NCBI GenBank assembly: GCA_934167755.1
Contig: CAKPLT010000005.1
Coordinates: 19,937-83,936 of the forward strand
Reading direction: 5' to 3'
Source of the DNA: an uncultured Clostridia bacterium
GTDB taxonomy: Bacteria > Bacillota > Clostridia > TANB77 > CAG-508
DNA length: 64,000 nt
The notes beneath the pieces are model-generated. The model had not been told where the DNA came from and did no database searches. It saw only the letters and a list, made by a program, of their open reading frames with translations. Positions within the stretch are counted from its first letter, which is position 1; every line of letters starts with the position of its first letter. Positions 44,649 to 55,475 of this stretch are shown here, piece by piece. The position numbers were made by a program, and so were the translations under genes.

Positions 44649-47276
44649 TTACAACCATTCATGATATTTCTTTATATATACTTTCTTTATAAAGCTGACT
44701 ATAACAAAATATCCAATAACTAATCCTAATAAGTACAAATAAAATACTGGTGGTAAAATTACAAAATTAAATGATTTCACACCATACAATATAATTGGCG
44801 TTATAATTGTTAATATTCCTGAAAATAGTGTCAGTAACATTAATTTTTTTGAAGCATTTGATTCTATAAATGGCTTTTTGCTTGTTCTTACATTGTAGAT
44901 TATCATTAATTCTGTTATTAAACATGTTACAAACCATGCTGTTTGGAAATATGCTTGTTTTTCTATTCCATTGTATCCTAAAATAAACCAAAAAATAATA
45001 AATGATATTACATCTATTAGTGAACTTGTTATTCCCATAACTTGCATAAATTTTGATATTCCTTTTGTGTTCCATTTTTTAGGTTTTCTCAAAAATTCCT
45101 CATCAACATTATCATATGGTATTCCTATTTGCGAAAAATCATATATGAAATCTTGTATTAACATTTGAATTGGTAATAATGGTAAAAATGGTAGAAAAAT
45201 ACTTGCTATCATTATACTAAATACATCTCCAAAGTCTGAACTTAATGCCATTTTCATGTATTTTATAATATTTCCATATACTTTTCTTCCTTCAATTACT
45301 CCATCATAAATAACATTCAAATTTCTTTCAAGCAAAATTATGTCACTTGCTTCTTTTGCAATATCTGTTGCTGTATTTACTGATATTCCTATATCAGCTT
45401 TATGTAATGATGGCGAATCATTTACTCCATCCCCCATATATCCGACTACATGTCCATTGTTTTTATATGTTGAAACAACTCTTTCTTTTTGTAAAGGATT
45501 TAGCCTTGCAAAAACATCTACTTCTTCAACTCTTTTTGAAAGTTCTTCATCTGTTAATTTGTCAATATCTGTTCCTAAAAGAATATCATTTCCATTTAAT
45601 CCAGATAAGTTACAAATGTTTTTTGTCGCATATGGATTGTCACCTGTTAAAATTTTTGTTTTTACTCCTATTTTACGCAATTTATTTATTGTATTTGCAA
45701 CTCCTTTTTTAGGAGGATCTAGAAATCCTATGAATCCAATAAATGTCATATCTCTCTCATAAGAACTATCTAACACATCTATTCCTGGATAATCTCTTTT
45801 TTCTGCTAAAGCTATAACTTGCATTCCTGTTTCTGCAAGTTCTTTTGCTTTTGCTTCTACTTTTTCTATTATCTCTTGTGTAATTTCTTCTAATTGTCCA
45901 TTTCTTTTTACTTTTGTACAGCTTTTTATTACTTCTTCTAGCGCTCCTTTTGTAATCATTCTATATTGCGAACCTTTTCTCACTATAACACTCATTTTCT
46001 TTCTGTCATAGTCAAATGGTATTTCATCTATTTTTTCATATTTTTCAATTTTTTCTTCTATTTGATGTTCTTTTCCATATACAAGAATTGCTCTATCTAC
46101 TAAGTTCTTCATTCCAGTTCCATAAAAACTATTTAGATATGCATATTCAAGTATATTCATGTTTTCTTTTCCTTCAATATCAATATATTTTTGAAGTGTT
46201 ATTTTATCTTCTGTTAATGTACCAGTTTTATCTGTACATAATATGTCTATTGCTCCCAAATTTTGAATTGATTCTATTCTTTTTACTAATGTTTTCTTTT
46301 TTGCTAATGATTTGCTTCCTTTTGTTAAATTTACATTTACTATCATTGGTAACATACTTGGAGTTATTCCAACTGCAACTGATAATGCAAATAGAATCGC
46401 TTCATTGAAATTTCCTTTTATTACTCCATCAATAATTAAAACTGCAAAACATACTGCTACCATGTATCTTATTAGCATGTTTGTAATATTTTTCATTCCT
46501 TTTTCAAAATTGGTACTTTCCTTTTTTACATCAACTTCTTTTCCCATTTTGCCTAGATATGTTTTAAATCCTGTTCTGATTACTACAGCTGTTGCTTTTC
46601 CACTAATAACACTTGCTCCCATTAAACAAATATTTTCAATATCAAATATTTCTTTTGTTTCACTTGCTATTACTTTCTTTTCTATTGGTGCACTTTCTCC
46701 TGTAAATACTGATTGATTAATGAATAAATCCTTGCTTTCTATAATTTTTACATCTGCAGGAATTATTGCACCTGCATTTAATTTTATGATATCTCCTATT
46801 ACAACATCTTCTACCTTAATCTCTTTTTCTTTATTGTCTCTTAATACATTTGTTTTTGATGTAATTCTATTTTTTAATTGTTTATTAAACTTATATACTG
46901 AATAATCCTGTACAAATCTGATATTGGCACTAACAAATGCTATTGCGACAATAATCGCTGAACCAAGTTTATCACCTAAGCAGAAATTTATTATTGCTAA
47001 AAATAGTAATATTATAATAAATTGGTCCTTAAATGAATTTATATAAAAGTAAAACCAACTTTTATTGTCTTCTTTTACTACTTTATTTTTTCCATTTTGT
47101 TCTAATCTTAAATTTGCTTCTTTGGTGGTAAGTCCACTGTCTTCAGTACTCTTATATTTTTCTAAAGTTTCATTTGATGTTAATTGTGCTTCTTTTGTAT
47201 ATTCTGCCAAATCTTCTGTGTCATTTACTTTTAATAAATTCTTTTTTACTTTTTTTATATCAAATATTTGAATCAT
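44649..47276 (-). CDS. mgtA: magnesium-translocating P-type ATPase
   Basis: 875 aa with CTDKTGTLT and MGDGVNDSP motifs. Length and topology are MgtA-like. Confidence 0.88.
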   Translation of the reverse strand: MIQIFDIKKVKKNLLKVNDTEDLAEYTKEAQLTSNETLEKYKSTEDSGLTTKEANLRLEQNGKNKVVKEDNKSWFYFYINSFKDQFIIILLFLAIINFCLGDKLGSAIIVAIAFVSANIRFVQDYSVYKFNKQLKNRITSKTNVLRDNKEKEIKVEDVVIGDIIKLNAGAIIPADVKIIESKDLFINQSVFTGESAPIEKKVIASETKEIFDIENICLMGASVISGKATAVVIRTGFKTYLGKMGKEVDVKKESTNFEKGMKNITNMLIRYMVAVCFAVLIIDGVIKGNFNEAILFALSVAVGITPSMLPMIVNVNLTKGSKSLAKKKTLVKRIESIQNLGAIDILCTDKTGTLTEDKITLQKYIDIEGKENMNILEYAYLNSFYGTGMKNLVDRAILVYGKEHQIEEKIEKYEKIDEIPFDYDRKKMSVIVRKGSQYRMITKGALEEVIKSCTKVKRNGQLEEITQEIIEKVEAKAKELAETGMQVIALAEKRDYPGIDVLDSSYERDMTFIGFIGFLDPPKKGVANTINKLRKIGVKTKILTGDNPYATKNICNLSGLNGNDILLGTDIDKLTDEELSKRVEEVDVFARLNPLQKERVVSTYKNNGHVVGYMGDGVNDSPSLHKADIGISVNTATDIAKEASDIILLERNLNVIYDGVIEGRKVYGNIIKYMKMALSSDFGDVFSIMIASIFLPFLPLLPIQMLIQDFIYDFSQIGIPYDNVDEEFLRKPKKWNTKGISKFMQVMGITSSLIDVISFIIFWFILGYNGIEKQAYFQTAWFVTCLITELMIIYNVRTSKKPFIESNASKKLMLLTLFSGILTIITPIILYGVKSFNFVILPPVFYLYLLGLVIGYFVIVSFIKKVYIKKYHEWL

Positions 47277-47294
47277 TTGTACTCCTCCTAAGAT

Positions 47295-48179
47295 TTATTT
47301 TATTTTTCTAATCTTTGCTACAAAAAATCCTTCATAATTTTCTGTTGGGCATACAGTAATTGTTCCTTCTATTTTACTTGGTAAAGCAACAATGTTTTCC
47401 ATTAAATTTATAGGTTCTATTTTTGCATTCGCTTTTGTTAATACTTTTTCTAGTATCTCTTCATTTTCTTGTTTTAAAATAGAACATGTAGAATATACTA
47501 TTTCTCCACCTGGCTTTAATATTTTTAATGCTTTTTTTAATAATTCTTCTTGTGTTTTAGAAGATCTTTTTATTAATTCTTCATTAAAGTTCTTATCAAA
47601 TATACACATTGTCCCGCTTCCACTACATGGTGCATCTAAAAGAATTTTGTCAAATAAAAAGAAATCGCTTAATTTCCTTGCATCTTCTAACATTACATTT
47701 ACACAGCCTACTCCTTGTTTTTGCAAATTGTGTTTTAATCTTTCTGCTCTTATCTTGTTTTTTTCAACAGCTGTAATAAATGCTTTGTTATTTGTAATTG
47801 CTGCTATTTGAGTTGTCTTACCTCCTGGTGCAGCTGCCATATCTAATATGTTTTCTCCTTCTTTAGGTTCTAATATTATTGGTGGCAACATTGATGATAG
47901 ACTCTGTAAATATATTTCTCCATTTTCATATATTTCAAGTTTTCTGATTTCTTCTTCTCTTGCATTTTTTATAATTAATGCATCTCTATTCCAATCTACT
48001 TCTTGAAATTCTATTTGAGCTTGATTTAAGCATTCTTTTATTTTTTCTTCTGTTGTTTTTATTGTATTAATTCTTAATGTTACATTTTTTTGCTTTTTAT
48101 ATCCTTCAATTATTTTATTTGTTATTTCATTATCATATTGCTTTTGCAACATTTTTTCTAAAAATTGTGGTATTTGCAT
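47295..48179 (-). CDS. rRNA cytosine-C5 methyltransferase, RsmB/RsmF (NOL1/NOP2/Sun) family
   Basis: Motifs LDMAAAPGGKTT, LLDAPCSGSGT and VYSTCS. Confidence 0.85.
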   Translation of the reverse strand: MQIPQFLEKMLQKQYDNEITNKIIEGYKKQKNVTLRINTIKTTEEKIKECLNQAQIEFQEVDWNRDALIIKNAREEEIRKLEIYENGEIYLQSLSSMLPPIILEPKEGENILDMAAAPGGKTTQIAAITNNKAFITAVEKNKIRAERLKHNLQKQGVGCVNVMLEDARKLSDFFLFDKILLDAPCSGSGTMCIFDKNFNEELIKRSSKTQEELLKKALKILKPGGEIVYSTCSILKQENEEILEKVLTKANAKIEPINLMENIVALPSKIEGTITVCPTENYEGFFVAKIRKIK

Positions 48180-48271
48180 ATCATCATTTCATTCCTTCCT
48201 CAGGCAAGTTTTCGGTTGAAATCGAACCGTTTCCAACCATTTCATTTTTGCTATTATTTTAGCATATTGCC

Positions 48272-48294
48272 AAAAAAATCACAAGAGTGATTTT
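48272..48294 (-). terminator. rho-independent terminator after the 446-aa gene
   Basis: The minus strand reads AAAATCActcttgTGATTTT followed by TTTGG. Confidence 0.5.
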
Positions 48295-48303
48295 CTCGTG
48301 ATT

Positions 48304-49635
48304 TTACTTTTCAGGTTCGCCTTTTTTTCTTGCATCCTGATTTTTTTTAATTTCTTTTGTCTGGATTGCTTGCTGTTGCTGTTCTAATATATTAGAAATC
48401 GCTTTTGCAGTGTCTATTTGTTTTTCAACTGGTAATTTTCTTATACCTGTACTTATATCTGATATAATTGAGTCTAATTCTTTTTGCTGTTGTGTTTTGT
48501 TTTCATTAGCTTTTAATGTTTGCATAAAATCTCTTACAACTTTTTCCCTATCTCTTGTTTTCATTTTTTCTAGGATTCTTTTTAAATTTTTCCATTCTTC
48601 TACTGTGTCACCTCTTAGCTGTCTTTTTATAATTTCTATATCATCTTTTTTTAATTTTTCTTCACGGCAGGACTTTTTTACTGTGCTTATAAAAAGACTT
48701 AACTCTTCATCATTTAATTTTCTTAGTTCTTCAATTTGTGGGACAGCAATATCTCCTATATCCTCAAAATTTTTTGCAACTTCTTTTGCTATATTTTCTA
48801 GTATTTTTTCTTTTACTAATTTTTTCTGCTCTTCACCATATTCACGATATTGTCTGCTTGGTTCATCATAAGAATTTTTAATTTTATTATATTCTTTTTC
48901 AGTTAATAATGGTAAGTTTATTTCAAGCATTTCTGTTGCTGGTATAATTCTCATCAATGTTGGAATTTTGGGTCCACCAAATTCCATACAATCTAATGCA
49001 ACTTTTTTTGCAATAACTCTTTCTAATTTTTCATTTATTTTTCCTGTTCTTGTTTTTATTTCTAATTCTTCTATACTTCTTATTAATTCATTATCATTCA
49101 TTTTTCCACAATTATTATAAATATTGCCCAATTGTAAAATTATCTCATTTTCTTTTTCTTCAAGCTTTCTTTTTTGTTCTTCTTCTAACTTTCTTTTTAT
49201 TTCTGCTTGTTGTTCTTTTTGTATTTCTTCATCTGGTATTTGTTCTACTAATTTTTGAGCAGTAGCAGTACTCACTGGTGCTTCTTGTATAATTTCTGTT
49301 ATTGCTTCTGATGCAAGGTCAACTTTTTTTACTGCTTCAACTGTTGCTTTTTCAGATTTTATATCTGGTATTTGTTTTATAATTTCTACTAAACTATTAT
49401 CTGATAGATCTGTGTCTTCTTGTACCTTTTTTAAGAATTCTCCAACTGGCATATCTGGATGTTCTTGAATTATTTCAAGTACAATATTCATAGCTTTTTC
49501 ATTTGCTTCTCTTTTTGTTTCACTTTCCTCATATATGTTTTGTACTGCTTCTATGCCTTCTTGTAATTTGTTCTGTTCAGCATTTTTTTGTTTTAATCGT
49601 GGTATTATTTTATACACAAGTTCTTTTAAATTCAT
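48304..49635 (-). CDS. hypothetical Glu/Lys-rich coiled-coil protein
   Basis: ~443 aa. The start is re-called to the ATG at 49635 (RBS aaaggtgagattaATG). No TM, and I recognise no family. Confidence 0.55.
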   Translation of the reverse strand: MNLKELVYKIIPRLKQKNAEQNKLQEGIEAVQNIYEESETKREANEKAMNIVLEIIQEHPDMPVGEFLKKVQEDTDLSDNSLVEIIKQIPDIKSEKATVEAVKKVDLASEAITEIIQEAPVSTATAQKLVEQIPDEEIQKEQQAEIKRKLEEEQKRKLEEKENEIILQLGNIYNNCGKMNDNELIRSIEELEIKTRTGKINEKLERVIAKKVALDCMEFGGPKIPTLMRIIPATEMLEINLPLLTEKEYNKIKNSYDEPSRQYREYGEEQKKLVKEKILENIAKEVAKNFEDIGDIAVPQIEELRKLNDEELSLFISTVKKSCREEKLKKDDIEIIKRQLRGDTVEEWKNLKRILEKMKTRDREKVVRDFMQTLKANENKTQQQKELDSIISDISTGIRKLPVEKQIDTAKAISNILEQQQQAIQTKEIKKNQDARKKGEPEK

Positions 49636-49689
49636 TAATCTCACCTTTTCTTTTATAAATTAAATCAATTAATTATAATATTATAATAC

Positions 49690-51870
49690 CTAATTCGTCA
49701 ATATTTCTGATTTATTTTTCACATATTTTTCACAATCTCTATAATATGGACATCTATTACATTTGTTATTTTTGTTTATTTTTGATTTTAAAATGAAATA
49801 TGCAATTGTAAAAATCGCTACTGTAACTAACATATCAGATAGTCTAAATGTTTTATTTTCAATTCTGCTTCCAATTTGATATACTAGTGTTGCTAAAAAC
49901 CATGCCAAAGCTATTTGAAAGATTATTACTCTTAATGTTTTTTTAATTCCACCTAATTCTTTTTTCATTGCCCCTATTGCTCCAAAACATGGTGCACTAA
50001 ATAAATTAAATACCATAAATGCATATGCTGATGCCATTGTAAAAAAATCAAATATTCCACTTTTGAAAATTTGACTACTTTCTACTGTATCTTTTGACAA
50101 TCCCGCTATTATTGACATTGAAGATATTACTTGTTCTTTTGCAACCAAGCCTTGAATTGCTGATACTGTTGCTCCCCAACTGTTTGTTCCAAGCATTGGG
50201 TAAAATATCCAAGATATTGTCTTTCCTATTGATGCTAATATACTGTTTTCTATACTTACCCCATATTCAAATTTCAGTGAAAAAGATAATAAAAACCATA
50301 TTACAATTGAACAAATTAATATTGTACTTCCAGCTCTTTTTATAAATGCAACCACTTTTTCAAAAACATCTTTTGCAACATATTTTATACTTGGCATTTT
50401 ATATTCTGGTAACTCAGAAATATATGTACTACTTGTATTTTTAAATATAAATTTTTTCATTACTATTGCGCTAGTTATTATCACTGCTATTGCAAAAAAA
50501 TATAATGATACTGATACAAGTCCTGAATTTTCGCTAAAAAAATAGCTGGAAAACAATACTATTATTGGTAATTTAGCACTACATGGTATAAAAGGAGTTA
50601 AAATTGTTGTCATTTTTCTCTCATCTTCATTTTCAATTATTCTTGTTCCCATTATTCCAGGTACACTACACCCTGAGCCAACTATAAATGGAATCAGACT
50701 TTTTCCGCTTAAACCAATTTTTCTAAAAATTTTATCCAATAATAATGCTATTCTTGACATATATCCAGTTGTCTCTAATATAGATATGCATATAAATAAA
50801 ATTATTAATTGAGGAATAAAGCTCAAAACTGATCCAACACCTGCAATCATTCCATCAACAACTAAACTATTTATCCACTTAGATGTTCCTATAATTTCTA
50901 AACCTATTCTTACTTTTTCTCCAAAACTATGTATAAAGTTAGATATCCAGTCTACCGTAAAATTTCCTATTACTCCAACTGATAAATAATATACAAAAAA
51001 CATAATTGCTATAAATATAGGAAATGCCAGCCATTTATTCAAAAATACTTTATCTAACTTATCTGACATTGTTTCTTTTAAGTTTTTTTCCACTATATAT
51101 TTTTCTTTATTATTTAAACTAAAATTTACATATCTAATTGTTTCATTTTTGACTTGTTCTATAAATTTATATCTTTCTGTTGCTATTATTTCTTCCAAAT
51201 CTGTGTCATAATTCTGTACTAAATCTTGTTGAATATTTTTTATCTGAAGTGTATTTAAGTCTTTAAATCTTTCGTCATTTTCAAGTAATTTCACAGCAGT
51301 AAATCTCTTATGACTTATTTCTTGATGAATTAAATTTTCAACTTTTTTTATTGATTCTTCCACTAGTGCATCATATATATATAATCTGTTATATAATTTC
51401 GTAACTGTTATTTCTTTTATTAATTCATCTATTCCTATTCCTTTTAATGCCGATATTTTTATAACTGTTGTTCCTAAAATTTGTTCTAATTTATTTTCAT
51501 TTATAGCAAGTCCCTTTTTTTCTAATATATCTGCCATATTTAATGCAACAATTACCCTTGAATCTAATTCTAGTAATTGTGTAGTTAAATATAAGCTTCT
51601 TTCAAGTGATGTGCTATCAATTATATTTATAATTACATCAGGGTTTTCGTCAAATATAAACTTTCTAGAAATATCTTCTTCAACACTATATGGGCTTAAT
51701 GAATATATTCCTGGCAGATCTGTAATTTCATAGTTTGTCTCTTTGATAATTCCTGTCTTCTTTTCTATTGTTACACCTGGCCAATTTCCAATTTTTGCAT
51801 TCATTCCAGTTAATACATTAAATAATGTTGTTTTTCCACTGTTTTGATTTCCAACTAAAGCAATTTTCAT
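49690..51870 (-). CDS. feoB: ferrous iron transporter FeoB
   Basis: G-domain ALVGNQNSGKTTLFN plus a polytopic membrane domain. The C-terminal tail is Cys-rich (CNRCPYYRDC). Confidence 0.95.
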   Translation of the reverse strand: MKIALVGNQNSGKTTLFNVLTGMNAKIGNWPGVTIEKKTGIIKETNYEITDLPGIYSLSPYSVEEDISRKFIFDENPDVIINIIDSTSLERSLYLTTQLLELDSRVIVALNMADILEKKGLAINENKLEQILGTTVIKISALKGIGIDELIKEITVTKLYNRLYIYDALVEESIKKVENLIHQEISHKRFTAVKLLENDERFKDLNTLQIKNIQQDLVQNYDTDLEEIIATERYKFIEQVKNETIRYVNFSLNNKEKYIVEKNLKETMSDKLDKVFLNKWLAFPIFIAIMFFVYYLSVGVIGNFTVDWISNFIHSFGEKVRIGLEIIGTSKWINSLVVDGMIAGVGSVLSFIPQLIILFICISILETTGYMSRIALLLDKIFRKIGLSGKSLIPFIVGSGCSVPGIMGTRIIENEDERKMTTILTPFIPCSAKLPIIVLFSSYFFSENSGLVSVSLYFFAIAVIITSAIVMKKFIFKNTSSTYISELPEYKMPSIKYVAKDVFEKVVAFIKRAGSTILICSIVIWFLLSFSLKFEYGVSIENSILASIGKTISWIFYPMLGTNSWGATVSAIQGLVAKEQVISSMSIIAGLSKDTVESSQIFKSGIFDFFTMASAYAFMVFNLFSAPCFGAIGAMKKELGGIKKTLRVIIFQIALAWFLATLVYQIGSRIENKTFRLSDMLVTVAIFTIAYFILKSKINKNNKCNRCPYYRDCEKYVKNKSEILTN

Positions 51871-51893
51871 ATTATTATCAGTCCTTTCTAAAA

Positions 51894-52142
51894 TTATAAT
51901 ATCTCAACTTCTATTTTTCTAAGATCTTCTTTCCTAATACATAATTCATAATCTCTTAAACTGATATCAATTGGATCTCCCATTGGAGCTATTTTTTTTA
52001 TTGTAATTTTGGTTCCTCTTGTAATTCCCATATCTAATAGATGTCTTCTAATTGCTTTATTATCTTCATTTAATTTTATTACCTTTGCTTTTTGTCCTAT
52101 TTTTAAGTCTGATAGATTACACTTTTCACCACTTTTTTTCAT
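51894..52142 (-). CDS. feoA: FeoA family protein
   Basis: 82 aa. SH3-like FeoA pattern (LSDLKIGQKAKVIKL...LLDMGITRGTKITI). Confidence 0.88.
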   Translation of the reverse strand: MKKSGEKCNLSDLKIGQKAKVIKLNEDNKAIRRHLLDMGITRGTKITIKKIAPMGDPIDISLRDYELCIRKEDLRKIEVEIL

Positions 52143-52258
52143 TTTTAATCACTCACCTTTTTGGCAAATTATATAACATTAAAAATCCAAAAAAAATAGA
52201 ACATTGTCGAAAGGTCTAAATATTTCTTTAATATTTCTATTAAATTCATTTATTTAAT

Positions 52259-52361
52259 CCCCAAATATCATTTTGCCGTTTAACTGCGGATGCTCCGCTA
52301 TTTTAAATTTGTTTAATACAAATTTAAAACACCTTGTTAAACTTTAAAATGATATTTGGGG
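52259..52361 (-). repeat. Repeat family A, copy 3 (inverted relative to copies 1 and 2)
   Basis: The reverse complement is CCCCAAATATCATTTTAAAGTTTAACAAGGTG..TTTAAATTTG-tattaaa-CAAATTTAAA..TAGCGGAGCATCCGCAGTTAAACGGCAAAATGATATTTGGGG. Confidence 0.85.
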
Positions 52362-52402
52362 ATTATTATAATTTTAATTTAATACCTAAAATTTTATATT
52401 TA

Positions 52403-53833
52403 CTAAATTATATCTCTTTTGTTAAAACTATCATACATAGTTACAAGCATAAGGATTGCACACACTCCTAAAACTCCAAGAGAAAAACCTAAAGATGTTG
52501 ACTTTGCAAAAGTATCTGTTCCATCTAATAACATTTGTGATAAATTAGTTGAATTCGTAAATATCTTATCAGCAATGTTTAGATTATTAAATGGTATAAA
52601 TCTTATCCAATCCTTTTTTATAAACTGATTTAGTATCATCATAACTATACCATTCCCCATATATAAAGCCATACTGAAGCTTACAGAAGCTGCTGTATTT
52701 CTTGTAATAGTAGAAAACATCATAGCAAATAGTGCAAAAATGATTACTGGTATTGTTTTTGCAAAATACAATTCAACATTATATAATGCATTTCCTATCT
52801 CCTTTACTTCTCCATTTTTTACATATAAATATGTTTCTCCATTTTCTTTAAAAAATATATTTGCAAATGCTACACTTAATAATGACATTACTAATGTTAA
52901 AATTATTATGTAAAATAATATTGATAATAATTTGGCAGTTAAAATCTTCCATCTTTTATTAGGTGTTAAAGCCCAAAACTTTATTGTTCCAGAAGATATT
53001 TCTGTTGATATAGTTCCACCTGCTATTATTACTGTAACAATTGATATTACTGCAATTACAAACATTGAAGATAACATTTCAAATCTTAGTCTAAAATTCT
53101 CATCTGAGCCTTCTTCTGTTGGTTCTATATTTTTCTCTAATCTGTATTTATCCATTACTATTAAATCTTCCAATTTTTGTTTATCTTCAACTTTTAGTAA
53201 TTTTCCATTGTTTAAATTAATTCCTTCTCTTATTCCTTTTTGACTTCTTTGTATTTCTTTAATGGTTGTTTTTTTCCAAGATTCCTCATTTCCTTTTAGA
53301 TATTTTTCTTTTAAGTCCAATATTGAAATTTCATCATCATATTCTTGTTGTCCTATTTCCTTATTATCTAATTCATCTTTTAAAATTTTCTTTTCATTTG
53401 ATATGTATCCTGAATAATCATTATTTTTCAATACTTGAATTAATTTTTCTGCTTCATCATTTTTTTCATTTTGTCTCAATTTAACAATACTTTTTACGAT
53501 ATCATTTTTCCATGTATCTCCATATAATTTTATATCATACTCTAAATACAACTCATATTGTTCCATTTGTGCTTGCATAGATTTTTTGCTTTCTTCATCT
53601 AAACTTTCATCTTTTAATTGTTCTTTAAAATACTCTATTTCACTTTTTAAATATTCACTACTAGTATCCACTACAGTCCCTGTTATTCTACTTTTTTCAT
53701 CCATATATTGCATAAGTTTAGTAAGTCCAAGTACTCCTACAAGAGAAAGCAATACTGCTATAATTAATAACTTAGTAGAAAGCTTTTTCCATGTTTTTAT
53801 ATTTTCATCTATAAATAGTTTAAATATTTTCAT
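52403..53833 (-). CDS. ABC-2-type transporter permease with a ~230-aa coiled-coil external insert
   Basis: TM1, a long charged segment, then five hydrophobic helices. The start moves to M10 (RBS aaaaggaggcaaagataATG) and overlaps the ATPase stop. Confidence 0.7.
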   Translation of the reverse strand: MKIFKLFIDENIKTWKKLSTKLLIIAVLLSLVGVLGLTKLMQYMDEKSRITGTVVDTSSEYLKSEIEYFKEQLKDESLDEESKKSMQAQMEQYELYLEYDIKLYGDTWKNDIVKSIVKLRQNEKNDEAEKLIQVLKNNDYSGYISNEKKILKDELDNKEIGQQEYDDEISILDLKEKYLKGNEESWKKTTIKEIQRSQKGIREGINLNNGKLLKVEDKQKLEDLIVMDKYRLEKNIEPTEEGSDENFRLRFEMLSSMFVIAVISIVTVIIAGGTISTEISSGTIKFWALTPNKRWKILTAKLLSILFYIIILTLVMSLLSVAFANIFFKENGETYLYVKNGEVKEIGNALYNVELYFAKTIPVIIFALFAMMFSTITRNTAASVSFSMALYMGNGIVMMILNQFIKKDWIRFIPFNNLNIADKIFTNSTNLSQMLLDGTDTFAKSTSLGFSLGVLGVCAILMLVTMYDSFNKRDII

Positions 53834-54743
53834 TATCTTTGCCTCCTTTTGTTGCATCAAAGAATATCTCTTCCAAACTATGCTCTTTTGGTATGACTGC
53901 TTTTATTTCTGTATCAGCAATAGCTAGTTCTTTAACAACTTTTGGTAAATTTTCTGTTTGAAGTGTAATTTCTATATTGTTTCCGTCTTGTTTAATTTTT
54001 AAATTATTAAACTTTTCATTTATTATTTGAACTGCTTTTCCTATATTTCCAACTTTTATATCAACAGTTTCTATTTTTTCTTCTTGTTTTGTAATCTCTT
54101 CAATCTTCATAATTTTTCCATTGTCTATAACCGCTACTTTATCACACATTAATTGCATTTCTGATAATATGTGTGATGAAACAAATACTGCAACACCTTC
54201 TTTATGTGCTATCTCTTTTAAAATATCTCTTAATTTTTTAATCCCAGCAGGGTCTAATCCATTAGTTGGTTCATCTAATATTAATACTTTAGGTTTATGT
54301 AATAATGTTAATGCAAGACCTAATCTTTGTTTCATACCTAATGAGTATTTGCCAACCTTATCTTTTTCTCTCCCTTTAAGCTCTACCATATCTAAAACTT
54401 CGTTAATTCTTTTTTCATCAATATTTCTTATTCTAGCATGTAATTTCAGATTATCAATTCCAGACATATATTTGTACATATCGGGATTTTCAACTATGGC
54501 TCCTATACACTCCATTGCTTTTTCAAACTGTTTTCTTGTATCATAACCATTTACTTTAATTTCTCCTGAATCACTATCTATAAGACTTAAAATCATTTTT
54601 ATTGTTGTTGTCTTTCCAGAACCATTTGGGCCTAGAAATCCATAAATTTCTCCTTCTTTTACATCAAGGCTAATATTATCAATAACTTTTCGTTTTCCAA
54701 ATGATTTACTTACATTTTTTAATTCTAATACAACTTTTGCCAA
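53820..54743 (-). CDS. ABC transporter ATP-binding protein (ABC-2/BcrA-like)
   Basis: Motifs GPNGSGKTT, YSLGMKQR and VLILDEPTNGLD. TTG start after GGGGGAAG. Confidence 0.9.
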   Translation of the reverse strand: MAKVVLELKNVSKSFGKRKVIDNISLDVKEGEIYGFLGPNGSGKTTTIKMILSLIDSDSGEIKVNGYDTRKQFEKAMECIGAIVENPDMYKYMSGIDNLKLHARIRNIDEKRINEVLDMVELKGREKDKVGKYSLGMKQRLGLALTLLHKPKVLILDEPTNGLDPAGIKKLRDILKEIAHKEGVAVFVSSHILSEMQLMCDKVAVIDNGKIMKIEEITKQEEKIETVDIKVGNIGKAVQIINEKFNNLKIKQDGNNIEITLQTENLPKVVKELAIADTEIKAVIPKEHSLEEIFFDATKGGKDNENI

Positions 54744-54773
54744 TTTTCTTCCCCCTTTTCTTTATTTACTATC

Positions 54774-55412
54774 CTATCTTGCTAATGGATTTATTTCCAT
54801 TGAATCTGAATCATATGTATTATAGAAATTATTTCCAACATCAAATTGCAAATATGAATACACTATCTTCCACTTTCCATCAACCTTTTGTAAAACTATT
54901 TCATCACTTGAACTTGTAATTGTATTTTTTCGTTCTTTTTCTTCTTCTGTAAATTCGTCTTTATATTTATATGTTGTTTCTGTTGAGGTTTTCAATGTAA
55001 CTGTAACTTGACTTCCATCAAATTCATAATTTGATATTTTAGTAATTATTCTTTTATTTTTTGTTTTCACTTCATTTTCTGTTTTATATCCATTTTCTAG
55101 TTTGTCTAATAGATATTCATATTGAATTTCAATTGCTTTATTATTATCTACCATTTGTGTTTTTAAGGCGTCTTTTAGTTTTGTTTTAATCTTTTCTTCA
55201 TTTTCATTTGATATTTCGCCTGTATATGTTTGCATATCTTCTGGAAGTACAACATATTCATCTGTAAGAGCAATAAAGTCTTCACATGACTTTTTGATAT
55301 CTGTTTTATCAGCTTCCCTTTGTTTTTCTAAATTTGTTAAATAAATTACTAATATAGCTATTACTACTATGGTTAATAATAGTCCTTTATTAATTTTCTT
55401 TAAAATTTTCAT
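54774..55412 (-). CDS. hypothetical membrane-anchored protein
   Basis: 212 aa with N-terminal TM LLLTIVVIAILVIYL. RBS agagaggggaagaataaATG. Confidence 0.55.
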   Translation of the reverse strand: MKILKKINKGLLLTIVVIAILVIYLTNLEKQREADKTDIKKSCEDFIALTDEYVVLPEDMQTYTGEISNENEEKIKTKLKDALKTQMVDNNKAIEIQYEYLLDKLENGYKTENEVKTKNKRIITKISNYEFDGSQVTVTLKTSTETTYKYKDEFTEEEKERKNTITSSSDEIVLQKVDGKWKIVYSYLQFDVGNNFYNTYDSDSMEINPLAR

Positions 55413-55434
55413 TTATTCTTCCCCTCTCTATAAT

Positions 55435-55463
55435 TGAAAATTTTGTACCCGGTACAATTTTTC
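55435..55463. repeat. palindromic element with a TGTACCCGGTACA core
   Basis: GAAAATTTTGTACCCGGTACAATTTTTC, with the core at 55444-55456. It sits between the DUF4116 gene and the 212-aa gene. Confidence 0.8.
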
Positions 55464-55475
55464 CATTTTTCATTT

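Noticed and set aside
44767-45075. A 102-aa minus-strand ORF inside mgtA.
   Set aside because: It is an alternative frame of a full-length, motif-complete P-type ATPase gene and has no independent signals.
47277-47294. A possible M-box (Mg2+) riboswitch upstream of mgtA.
   Set aside because: Only 18 nt separate mgtA from the upstream methyltransferase gene, so there is no room for a riboswitch.
52143-52258. A Fur box or clear promoter upstream of feoA.
   Set aside because: I could not find a convincing Fur-like 19-bp palindrome or a well-spaced -35/-10 pair, so none was reported.
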